Positions 38,451 to 47,103 of a stretch of 64,000 bases of DNA are shown in pieces. Source of the DNA: Treponemataceae bacterium. GTDB lineage: Bacteria > Spirochaetota > Spirochaetia > Treponematales > Rectinemataceae. Numbering within the stretch: the stretch's first letter is position 1; each line of letters opens with the position of its first letter. The translations under genes were made by a program, and so were the position numbers. The DNA is taken from NCBI GenBank assembly GCA_963678065.2, contig CAXXVZ010000003.1, positions 672,001 through 736,000 on the forward strand, given 5' to 3'. Under the pieces are notes generated by a model. It was not told the origin of the DNA and did no database searches. It saw only the letters and a list, made by a program, of their open reading frames with translations.

Positions 38451-39319
38451 CTTCCGGTTCCCAGAAAGTCGTCGAGAAACGAGAAGAGGGAGAAGGGGAC
38501 AAAATCCCGGTAATGCTCTCCGGTTCCGAGGAAGGCAGTGGGGAGCCCCAGCTCCTTCGCGAGGGCTATGGCCATGCCTCCCTTCGCCGAGGAATCGTAT
38601 TTTGTCAGGATGATGCCGTCCACGGGGACCGCCTGGCTGAAAGTCTCCGCCTGTCTGAGTCCGTTCTGCCCCGTCGTCGCGTCGATGACGAGGAGGCGCA
38701 CACGGTTCGCGCCCGGAGCGCGGGTGTCGATGATCCTGTCGATCTTTCCAAGTTCCCTGAGGAGGTCCTGACGGGTATGCATGCGTCCCGCGGTGTCCGC
38801 GATGACGAGTCCCTGTCCCTCGGCCTTGATGGCCTCGATCGCGTCCCAGAGGACGGCGCCCGGATCGGAGCCCGGCTGCTGCGCCACGACGCGGAGTCCG
38901 AGCCTTTCGCCGTGGATTTTCAGCTGGTCGATGGCCGCCGCCCTGAACGTGTCCCCGGCGGCGAGGACAATCTTTCCCTTGTATCCGGAAGAACGGAAGC
39001 GTTCTGCGAGCTTCGCGCAGCTTGTCGTTTTGCCCACACCGTTCACGCCGACAAGGAGGAAGACATTGATCACGCCTTCTTCGGGCTCGATGCTCGCCTC
39101 CTTGCCGTATTTCATGAGGATGTCCTTGAGCTCGAGTTTGATGGATGCGGGATCGGAAATGCGCTTCTTGTGGCAAACAGCCTTGAGTTCGTCGCTCACC
39201 GCGTAGGCGAGGGATGCTCCGAGGTCTCCCTCGACGAGGAGATCGGCGAGGTCGTCGAAGAGCTCGGTGTCGGTCCGGCCTATGCCGAAGAAGGCCTTCA
39301 GTTTTTCCGCAAATTTCAT
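38447..39319 (-). CDS. ftsY: SRP receptor FtsY (NG domain only)
   Basis: GVNGVGKTT, DTFRAAAIDQL, DTAGR, DATTGQN, TKYDSSAKGG. Confidence 0.96.
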   Translation of the reverse strand: MKFAEKLKAFFGIGRTDTELFDDLADLLVEGDLGASLAYAVSDELKAVCHKKRISDPASIKLELKDILMKYGKEASIEPEEGVINVFLLVGVNGVGKTTSCAKLAERFRSSGYKGKIVLAAGDTFRAAAIDQLKIHGERLGLRVVAQQPGSDPGAVLWDAIEAIKAEGQGLVIADTAGRMHTRQDLLRELGKIDRIIDTRAPGANRVRLLVIDATTGQNGLRQAETFSQAVPVDGIILTKYDSSAKGGMAIALAKELGLPTAFLGTGEHYRDFVPFSLFSFLDDFLGTGR

Positions 39320-39380
39320 GCATGACTCCTCAAGATCCGCGGGATGGCCCGGTCGAGTCTCCCGCCGCAGTCCTGTATAA

Positions 39381-40838
39381 CTAGTGTGCCGCGCCAAGGA
39401 AATCGACGAGGCGGATTATGGTGTTCACCGCGAAAACTGCAGTCGCCACGATTCCAACACCCAAAACAGCGCCGGACACAGTATATCCCGTAACGATGCG
39501 GGAATCGCTTGTCCGCGTGGCGGCCTCGGCGTAGAGCGAGAAATTTCCGCCGGCCAGAACGGTAAAGGGTATTGACCCCACGAAAAAGCCCAAGGCCGAA
39601 TAGAATCTGTCTTTTTTGGAAGCGAAGGTCGGAGCGTAGCCCTTTCCCGCCCCTTCGTCGAGGATTTTCATCATTCCGGGATCGAGCGCGGCCTCGGTTT
39701 TCTTGTCCTTCCCGCTTCCTGCAAGCGGAACCAGATCGATGGCGAGAGTCTTGTCCTCGCCGGGAGCGATATCGACAGTCGTTCTGTAAGTCCTGTATCC
39801 TTCAGCCCTTGCGACCACGGACAATTTTGCCGGAGAGTAGAAAAAGAGCCTGCGGTTCGTCCCTCCGGGGTCCACCCCATCGATGTCGAGGAGGGCGTCT
39901 GAAGGTTTTACCCTGAGATCGAGGCGAGCGAGAGGCCTGTCCGCGATCCACTCCTCGATGGCGGCCGCGATGCCGGGACAGACTTCCTGAGGCCTCCGCG
40001 CAGTGGTTTTACCTGTATACAACAGTGTAACTTTCCCGCTGGCTTTTTCGTATCCCTTAACAGTGACCGCGATATCATCGCCTTCCCTGCGGACGGAACC
40101 GAACACGAGACCATCGAGCCTCTCCGCAGCGGCGGTCTTCGCGGGTCCCTCGGAATCAAGCTCGGGCAGGACCCCGGAAGATGCGCCCTTCCACCAGAGA
40201 GAAGCAGACGCCGCTTTGGCCGCAGCGGCGACCGTGGTGCTTGTCGTCGTTGAAACCTCTGCCCCGGAGACGGTTCCGGCTCCCCCCGAGCCCGTCCCCG
40301 TCCCAGAGCCAGGAGAAGACAGTCCCAATCCTCGCAGCAGCCCCGACAGTGGATTCTCGCCCTTGAGGTCCTGAATTCGGGCCCTCGCAGTCTCGATTCG
40401 GATGTTCACCGTCCGCAATTCGGCCGCCCTCCTCGCCTCATCCATGTCTGGATCGAGTTCGATGCGAGCCGCCTCGTCGAGGGCCTTGGCCAGCTCCTTT
40501 CCGGCAGCGAACAGCAGGATCTGCGTATCTGCGGCCGAGGATTCCGGGGGGGAAGCCGGCGCAGGAGGAGGTCTGTCCGGCAAGACGGGCAGGCTTTCCA
40601 TCACAAGCCGGGGCAGGATTGCGCCGAAAAAAACCCGGGAGTTGCCGCCCCCAGAGCCTTCTTCCTCAAAGCGCGCTATTCCCAGAATCCATGAGGCGGA
40701 GGAAGCTGTCGGGGAGGAACTCGTCCCGGAGTCGAAACCCGCGGAGGGAGTCTGCTGCGCGGCGGCCGGCAAGCCCGCACACAGGGCCAGGGCCGAGGCA
40801 GCGAGAAACGTGAAGCCTTTCAGAAGCCAGTGCCACAT
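39381..40838 (-). CDS. Secreted/membrane protein with a PEGA-like domain
   Basis: Signal peptide, LRVKPSDALLDIDG...AEGY PEGA-like segment, two C-terminal hydrophobic helices. Confidence 0.65.
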   Translation of the reverse strand: MWHWLLKGFTFLAASALALCAGLPAAAQQTPSAGFDSGTSSSPTASSASWILGIARFEEEGSGGGNSRVFFGAILPRLVMESLPVLPDRPPPAPASPPESSAADTQILLFAAGKELAKALDEAARIELDPDMDEARRAAELRTVNIRIETARARIQDLKGENPLSGLLRGLGLSSPGSGTGTGSGGAGTVSGAEVSTTTSTTVAAAAKAASASLWWKGASSGVLPELDSEGPAKTAAAERLDGLVFGSVRREGDDIAVTVKGYEKASGKVTLLYTGKTTARRPQEVCPGIAAAIEEWIADRPLARLDLRVKPSDALLDIDGVDPGGTNRRLFFYSPAKLSVVARAEGYRTYRTTVDIAPGEDKTLAIDLVPLAGSGKDKKTEAALDPGMMKILDEGAGKGYAPTFASKKDRFYSALGFFVGSIPFTVLAGGNFSLYAEAATRTSDSRIVTGYTVSGAVLGVGIVATAVFAVNTIIRLVDFLGAAH

Positions 40839-40859
40839 CGGTCCCGCTCCATCGGAGTG

Positions 40860-41994
40860 CTAGAGATCCTCGTCGGTTTCGTCGCCCTGGATCGTGCCGC
40901 CTTTCCATTTCCAGTGCAAGTAGGCGTCGATGAAGGGATCGATGTCCCCATCCATGACGGGCTGGATGTTGCCGACGAAGAACTTGTTCCGGTGATCCTT
41001 GACCATGGTGTAGGGCTGGAAGACATAGGAGCGGATCTGGGAACCCCAGGCTATCTCCTTCTTCTCCGAGGCGAACTTGGCGTTCTCCTTGTCCTTCTCC
41101 AGCCTGTAATACTCGTAGAGGCGGGATTTGAGGACGCTCATGGCGACGTCCTTGTTCTTGTACTGGCTGCGCTCGTTCTGGCAGGTGACGACTATCCCCG
41201 TGGCGAGGTGGGTTATGCGGACTGCCGAATCGGTCTTGTTGACCTTCTGGCCTCCCGCTCCGCCCGATCGGTAGGTGTCGATGCGGATGTCCTCGGGACG
41301 TATCTCCACATCGATCGAGTCGTCGAGGACGGGCGTTATGTAGACCGAGGCGAAGGATGTGTGGCGGCGGGCATTGGCGTCGAAGGGAGAGATGCGGACG
41401 AGCCTGTGGACGCCCGACTCGCCCCTGAGGTAGCCGTAGGCATAGTCGCCGTCGATCTGCATCGTGACGGATTTGATCCCGCCCTCCGCCTCGAGAAGGT
41501 CAAGGACCTCGGCCTTGAATTTCCTGCGCTCGGCCCAGCGCGTGTACATGCGCATGAGCATGTAGGCCCAGTCGCACGCTTCGGTGCCGCCTGAGCCGGC
41601 GTGGATGGAGAGAAAGGCCGAGGATTTGTCCGCTTCGCCCGACAGGAGTTCGATGACGGCATTCTTGTCGAAGCGCACGCGGAGTTCACCGTAGCTCGCC
41701 CTGAGATCGGCCTCCATCGAATCGCCGCCCTCTTCGCGGGAGAGCTGGTAAATTTCGACGAGGGCCTGTGCGTCGTTCCTGAGCCGCGTCCAGGTTTCGA
41801 TCCTGTCCTTCATCATCTTGATGTCAGTCATGATCTTGCCGGCGCGTGCGCCGTCGTTCCAGAAGCCCGGCTCGGCCGTGAGAGCTTCTTTTTCCGCTAT
41901 ACGGCGCTCGAGTGCCGCGGCGTCAAAGACGCCCCCAGATTTCGAGGATTTCCGTGGAAAGGTCGTTTATGGGATTCATGAGTTCTTCGAGCAT
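40860..41994 (-). CDS. prfB: Peptide chain release factor 2 (programmed +1 frameshift)
   Basis: Short ORF MLEELMNP...WGRL ending CTT TGA C; the +1 frame continues into GGTEACDW, SPF, GGQ, WGSQIRSY. Confidence 0.97.
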
Positions 41995-42069
41995 TGTGTC
42001 CTCTTTGCTGCCCTCGCGGCTGATATCGAATGAAATCCGCCCCTGAAGGATGGAATTCAATAATAAAGA

Positions 42070-42099
42070 AGAGTAGCGCGGAACGGGGCGGAGGGTCAA
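42070..42099 (-). promoter_or_regulatory. Candidate sigma70 promoter of prfB
   Basis: Minus strand TTGACC-N18-TACTCT. Confidence 0.55.
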
Positions 42100-42165
42100 T
42101 CGAAGCGATTTTTCGCCCCGCCCCGCCCCGTCTGCATGGCGGGCAATGATGGCCGCCATGAGTCT

Positions 42166-43197
42166 TCAGAGCGAGAAGGAGTAGACAGTCTCGTGGGCCC
42201 AGACCTGACCGGGCTCGAGAACGACACTGGGGAAGGAGGGCTGGTTGGGCGAGTCGGGAAAGAACTGGGTCTCGAGGCAGAACCCCGCATGCTTGTCGTA
42301 GAGCGAGCCCCGCTTGCCCGAAATGGCGGAGAGGAAATTCCCCGAGTAGAACTGACAGCCGGGAAGGGTCGTCGATACCCTCATGCGCCTTCCGGACAGA
42401 GGCTCGTAAACCTCCGCGAATTCGACGAGGCCGGGTCCCGCCCTGTCCACGGCATAGTTGTGGTCGTACCCACCGGGGGTGTGGACTATCTTTTCGCCGA
42501 TTATGGCGCCCGCACGGAAATCGAAGGGGCCATTGGCCACTTCGGCGAGCTCGCCCGTGGGAATGAGGGTGGGACCGACAGGAGCGATGCGCGAGCATGC
42601 AAGCTTCATGCTGTGGTCGAGGATGCTGCCCCTGCCCTCGCCTTTCAGGTTGAAATAGCTGTGGTTGGTCAGGTTGACGATGGTCTTCGCGTCGGTCCGC
42701 GCTTCGTACTCGATGGATAGATCGCCCGCGGGGCAGAGAGTGAACGTCACCGAAGCTTCGAGCCTGCCCGGATAGCCTTCCTCGCCGTCGGGGCTCGTGC
42801 GGGAGAAACGGATGCGCGGTTCAGGATTCTCGGCGAGGACTTCGGCCCTCCAGATATACTTGTCGAAGCCCTTGATTCCGCCGTGGAGGTGATTTTCTCC
42901 GTTGTTCGCGGCGAGCTGATACTCCGCGCCATCGAGGGAAAAACGCGCCTTGGCTATCCGGTTGGCGTAGCGGCCGACGGTGGCGCCGAAGAAGGAGTGT
43001 TTGCCTGTGTATCCCGCGAGAGTGGAAAATCCAAGGGTTACATCTTCAGCCACGCCGCGGCGATCGGGAACCAGGAGCGATACCAGGATGGCACCGTAGT
43101 CGGTGAATGTCGCCGTAAAGTCGCCGGCCTTCAAAACATAGAGAGAGACATCCTCGCCGGTTCCGAGCGTGCCGAAATTTTTCTTCTGGATGGACAT
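42166..43197 (-). CDS. galM: Aldose 1-epimerase
   Basis: GRYANRI, NHLHGG, DGEEGYPG, NLTNHSYFNL, GFCLETQ. Confidence 0.95.
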   Translation of the reverse strand: MSIQKKNFGTLGTGEDVSLYVLKAGDFTATFTDYGAILVSLLVPDRRGVAEDVTLGFSTLAGYTGKHSFFGATVGRYANRIAKARFSLDGAEYQLAANNGENHLHGGIKGFDKYIWRAEVLAENPEPRIRFSRTSPDGEEGYPGRLEASVTFTLCPAGDLSIEYEARTDAKTIVNLTNHSYFNLKGEGRGSILDHSMKLACSRIAPVGPTLIPTGELAEVANGPFDFRAGAIIGEKIVHTPGGYDHNYAVDRAGPGLVEFAEVYEPLSGRRMRVSTTLPGCQFYSGNFLSAISGKRGSLYDKHAGFCLETQFFPDSPNQPSFPSVVLEPGQVWAHETVYSFSL

Positions 43198-43213
43198 GCT
43201 GCATTCCTGCCTT

Positions 43214-44032
43214 TTATGGAAGTTTGTAGTACATGCGGTAGAATTTCTCGAAGAAAGTCCCGGGTATGATCCTCTTGATCCAGACGGCGAAGCGCTCGAA
43301 AAGGGGACCGACCGTGACGCGGATGGGAAGCCTCGGACGGGCAAGAAGGCTTCCCACGAGCCTGCCCGCTTCGGAGGGGTCGTGGCCCGACCTCTCGTCG
43401 TGGATCTGGACAGACATGGTCGCATCGAAAGACGAACCGTAGGGTCCGCTGGAGGCGATTCCGCTCTTTCGGCGGGCATCGGTGAAACCGGTCCTGAAAT
43501 CGCCCGGTTCGACGATGCATGCCTGTATGCCGAAGGCCCTCACTTCGTAGCGGAGGGACTCGACGAAACCCTCGAGGGCGTATTTGCTCGAGGAGTAGAA
43601 GGCCTGGAAGGGCATCCCTGTGACGCCGGCTATGGAGCCGATAACGATGATCTTCCCCCTGCCTGCGGCGCGCATCGCGGGGAGAACGGCCTTGACTGTC
43701 CGGACGGTGCCGAGAAAATTGGTGTCCATCTGAAGGAGAATATCTTCCATGGAGCAATCTTCCACGGCTCCCGCGACACCCATGCCGGCGCAGCAGACCA
43801 GCGCGTCGATCCTCCCTTCCTTTTCGATGACGCGTGCCGTGCTGCGGAGCGTGCTCGCTTCGCTTGTGACGTCCATCTCGACCATATCGAAGCCGGATAC
43901 TGTCGCTCCGGGACGGGAGGGATTCCGGCATGTGCCGTAGACCGCATAGCCGAGACGGGCGAGTTCGAGGGCGCATGCTTTTCCTATTCCGCTCGAAGCC
44001 CCTGTCACAAGAGCCACTGGTTTGTCATTCAT
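43214..44032 (-). CDS. SDR-family oxidoreductase
   Basis: TGASSGIG, YSSSK, VEPG. Confidence 0.92.
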   Translation of the reverse strand: MNDKPVALVTGASSGIGKACALELARLGYAVYGTCRNPSRPGATVSGFDMVEMDVTSEASTLRSTARVIEKEGRIDALVCCAGMGVAGAVEDCSMEDILLQMDTNFLGTVRTVKAVLPAMRAAGRGKIIVIGSIAGVTGMPFQAFYSSSKYALEGFVESLRYEVRAFGIQACIVEPGDFRTGFTDARRKSGIASSGPYGSSFDATMSVQIHDERSGHDPSEAGRLVGSLLARPRLPIRVTVGPLFERFAVWIKRIIPGTFFEKFYRMYYKLP

Positions 44033-44036
44033 CCTG

Positions 44037-44582
44037 TCATCCTTGCGCGGGAGCGCGGGTGTTAAGATTCCGGAACGCTTCGACGATGATGGAAGCGACT
44101 CCAAGAGCGTCCCATTTGTCCGTGTTGATCACGAGATCGGCCTCCGAGAAGTCGTCGTTGTCGATGCCGTAGATATCGCGGTAGCGCATCCTGTCGCGGG
44201 CGTCGCGTTCAGCCGTGAAGGCCATGACCTCGGCGAGGCTTCCGCCTTCGCGATTGTGGATGCGCCTGGCGCGCGATTCGGGACTCCCCCTGAGGTAGAC
44301 TTTGAGGCTCGCGTCGGGGACCATCCACATGGCGAGGCGCGACCCTATGACACAGTCCTGCATCCGCGCGAGTTCGGCCTGATGACGGTCGAGCTCGCGG
44401 TCATAGGAAAAATCCTCGGAAGCGAGTCGCAGGAGTTCCGCGAAGGATATGCCCTTCTCTTCGGCCATCGTACGGAATGTGTAGTTGATGAACTCGATGC
44501 CGAGCTTTTGGGCGACAAGTTTCGAGGCGGTGGTGTTCCCGCAGCCCGATTTCCCGGATATGGCGATGATTTTCGGCATCAT
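44037..44582 (-). CDS. Cytidylate kinase, archaeal-like type
   Basis: IAISGKSGCGNTT, FRTMAEEKG, GSRLA, DRMRYRDIYGID. Confidence 0.8.
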   Translation of the reverse strand: MMPKIIAISGKSGCGNTTASKLVAQKLGIEFINYTFRTMAEEKGISFAELLRLASEDFSYDRELDRHQAELARMQDCVIGSRLAMWMVPDASLKVYLRGSPESRARRIHNREGGSLAEVMAFTAERDARDRMRYRDIYGIDNDDFSEADLVINTDKWDALGVASIIVEAFRNLNTRAPAQG

Positions 44583-44589
44583 GTCCTTC

Positions 44590-45459
44590 CTATTCTATAT
44601 TGCGAAGCTGTTCGCGGATGTTCTCGAGTGCATCCTTCATCTCGACGACGGCCTGTGCCACCGCTATGAGGGTGTTCTTGGAGCCGATGGTGTTCACTTC
44701 ACGGTTGATCTCCTGGCAGAGGAAATCAAGTTTCTTTCCGGGAGAGTCCTCCGTTTCCAGAATGCGGGCGAAGCTCGCGAGGTGGGCCTGAAGCCGTGTC
44801 ACCTCCTCGTTTATCGTATACTTCATGAGGAGTGTCGCTGTCTCCGCAAGAATGCGGCTCGGGTCGGCATTTTCCCCCATGACCTCCCTGAATCGCGCCG
44901 AAAGTTGGGTTTTGATGGTCGCCTCGATCTCCGGAACGTTTGCGCGGACAAGCGCGAAGGACGATTCGAGCCGTGCGAGCTGTCTGTCTATGTCCGCGCG
45001 GGTTGCCTGCCCTTCCCTCCTCCGCGTCTCGTCGTAGGATTCGAAGCAGGCCGCAAGCTCGGGGAGAATCACCTGCCACAGTTCTTCCTCGTCGAGATCC
45101 TTCTCGTAGGCCACGACTCCCTCGAAGCGGAGGAGGTCGCCGAGCTCTGGCGGCCTGTCCATGCCGCAGGCTTTTCCGATGGAGAAGAGGACGGAAGCGA
45201 CGCTTTTCGCGGCTTCCATGTCGGCGCTGACGCTCACCGGGAGCCTTAGTTCCCTGAGTCGGAGATTGCACTCGACCTTGCCGTGCACAATCCTCGAGCC
45301 GAGGTACTCGCGGAAGCGGGGCTCGAGCTTTGCGAGTTGGGGCGGCAGGGATATCGACAGGTCGAGGTACCTGTTGTTGTAGGATTTGATAAGGAGCCCC
45401 GCCACGATCAGCTCCGTGCGTATCTCTCTGTGGGCGAATCCGGTCATGCTTTTTATCAT
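44590..45459 (-). CDS. yicC: YicC/YloC-family endoribonuclease
   Basis: MIKSMTGF, EEVTRLQAH, GKKLDFLCQEINREVNTIGSK, IREQLRNIE. Confidence 0.93.
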   Translation of the reverse strand: MIKSMTGFAHREIRTELIVAGLLIKSYNNRYLDLSISLPPQLAKLEPRFREYLGSRIVHGKVECNLRLRELRLPVSVSADMEAAKSVASVLFSIGKACGMDRPPELGDLLRFEGVVAYEKDLDEEELWQVILPELAACFESYDETRRREGQATRADIDRQLARLESSFALVRANVPEIEATIKTQLSARFREVMGENADPSRILAETATLLMKYTINEEVTRLQAHLASFARILETEDSPGKKLDFLCQEINREVNTIGSKNTLIAVAQAVVEMKDALENIREQLRNIE

Positions 45460-46994
45460 GTGTTCTCCGCTGTGTCTCTTTTATCCCCGGATGCTCTTCG
45501 GTCCGCGAGGAGCGCGGCTCCGAGCTTCCAGTTGTCTCCCGCCCCCATCGTCAGGAAGAGGTCCCCGGGGCGGAGCATGCCCTTCATGTCCGCGAAGGCA
45601 TCCATGGGCTCGTCGAAGTACATGACATCCTTCCGGCCGGCAGCCACTGCATCGAAGAGACTCCGCCCGGAGATATCCGATGCGGCCTCTTCCCGCGCGG
45701 AGGAATAAATCTTGTGCAGTACGACGAGGTCGGCGGCGTCGAGGCAACGGGAAAACTCGGCGAACAGAGACCTCGTCCTCGAGTAGGTGTGGGACATAAA
45801 GTCGACGATGAGACGACGTCCGGGCCAGAATTCGCGGATGCCCTTGATGGTTTCGCGGATGGCTGTCGGGTGGTGGCCGTAGTCGTCCATAAAAAGGACA
45901 GCCTTGGCCTCTCCCAGAATTTCGGAGCGGCGCTTGGACCCCGAGAAGGAGGCGATGGCTTTCTGCACCGCGGCGACCGCTTTCCCCGAGGCTGTCCAGA
46001 GCCCGGGCAGGCCATCCTCCGCGGCTCCACTCCCTGGGGCGCCTGAGGCCTCGGCCGGCCGGCCCTCCGCGTCCGCCAGAAGCATGAACCCGACGATCGC
46101 CGCAGCAGCCGCATCGAGGGCGAGATGGTGACCGGGAACCCGGAGTTCAAAGCGCCCAGGTATGCCTGCGAGGCCGAATGTCGCCCTTCCTTCCCCTGCC
46201 TGGTAGTCCGTCAGACGCCATCTGCCGGTCGCCGAGTGCCCATACGGCACAAAAACAATATCGGGACGCTTTGCCCGGAGGATGGCGGCGGCCTCGCTCG
46301 CGCCTGGATCGTCCGCACAGTAGATGAAGGTGCCCGAGGGAGGGAGAAGCATGCCGAACTCGATGAAGGCTGACAGGATGTCCTCGTATGCAGGGTAGTA
46401 GTCCTGGTGGTCGGGTTCGATGCTCGTCACGACCATCCACATGGGGTGAAAATGCAGAAAGTGCCGCCGGTATTCGCAGGTCTCGGCGACGAAGTAGCTC
46501 GTGCCTCGGATCAGCGTCGAGCCTCCGCCGAAGCTCGATACCGCCGACCCGGCGAGGATAGTCGCGTCGAGCCCCAGGGCCGAGAGGACGGCTCCCGTCA
46601 TGGCTGTAGTGGTCGTCTTGCCGTGGACGCCGGCTATGGCCACCGACTTCATCGTCGAGGATAGAAGACCCAAAGCCTCGGGGTAGTTCATGACGGGGAT
46701 TCCCGCAGCCGCGGCCGCCGCGAGTTCAGGGTTGTCAGTGCGGGAATAGGCGGCGGAGTGTATGACGACATCTGTGCCCCGGGGCAGGTGGGAAGGATCG
46801 AATCCGACCGAGAGAGTCACGCCGAGCGACGCGAGAATGGCATCAGTGTAGAAGGTGTCGGCCACATCGCTTCCGGAAAGTCTGCAGCCGCGAGCGGCCA
46901 GAATCTCGGCAAGTGCCGCCATTCCCGTCCCTTTCGCTCCGACAAGGTGGATATGTTTGCCGTCCAGGGGAAAAGAAGGGTGGCTTGGATTCAT
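45456..46994 (-). CDS. murC: UDP-N-acetylmuramate-L-alanine ligase
   Basis: HLVGAKGTGM, AGVHGKTTTT, ETCEY, DHQDY, DDYGHHPT, HTYSRT, TMGAGD. Confidence 0.95.
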   Translation of the reverse strand: MNPSHPSFPLDGKHIHLVGAKGTGMAALAEILAARGCRLSGSDVADTFYTDAILASLGVTLSVGFDPSHLPRGTDVVIHSAAYSRTDNPELAAAAAAGIPVMNYPEALGLLSSTMKSVAIAGVHGKTTTTAMTGAVLSALGLDATILAGSAVSSFGGGSTLIRGTSYFVAETCEYRRHFLHFHPMWMVVTSIEPDHQDYYPAYEDILSAFIEFGMLLPPSGTFIYCADDPGASEAAAILRAKRPDIVFVPYGHSATGRWRLTDYQAGEGRATFGLAGIPGRFELRVPGHHLALDAAAAAIVGFMLLADAEGRPAEASGAPGSGAAEDGLPGLWTASGKAVAAVQKAIASFSGSKRRSEILGEAKAVLFMDDYGHHPTAIRETIKGIREFWPGRRLIVDFMSHTYSRTRSLFAEFSRCLDAADLVVLHKIYSSAREEAASDISGRSLFDAVAAGRKDVMYFDEPMDAFADMKGMLRPGDLFLTMGAGDNWKLGAALLADRRASGDKRDTAENT

Positions 46995-47103
46995 GGAAAC
47001 TATAGTATAGAAGAAATCGGGGATCGGGCAAGACATTGATCGGCTTGACATCGGCTGGATCGATCCCGACTTCAAGCTGTGAACCAGCTTGAAGGATGGC
47101 GCT

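Noticed and set aside
40860..41994. prfB as a frameshifted pseudogene
   Set aside because: It carries the canonical programmed frameshift signal
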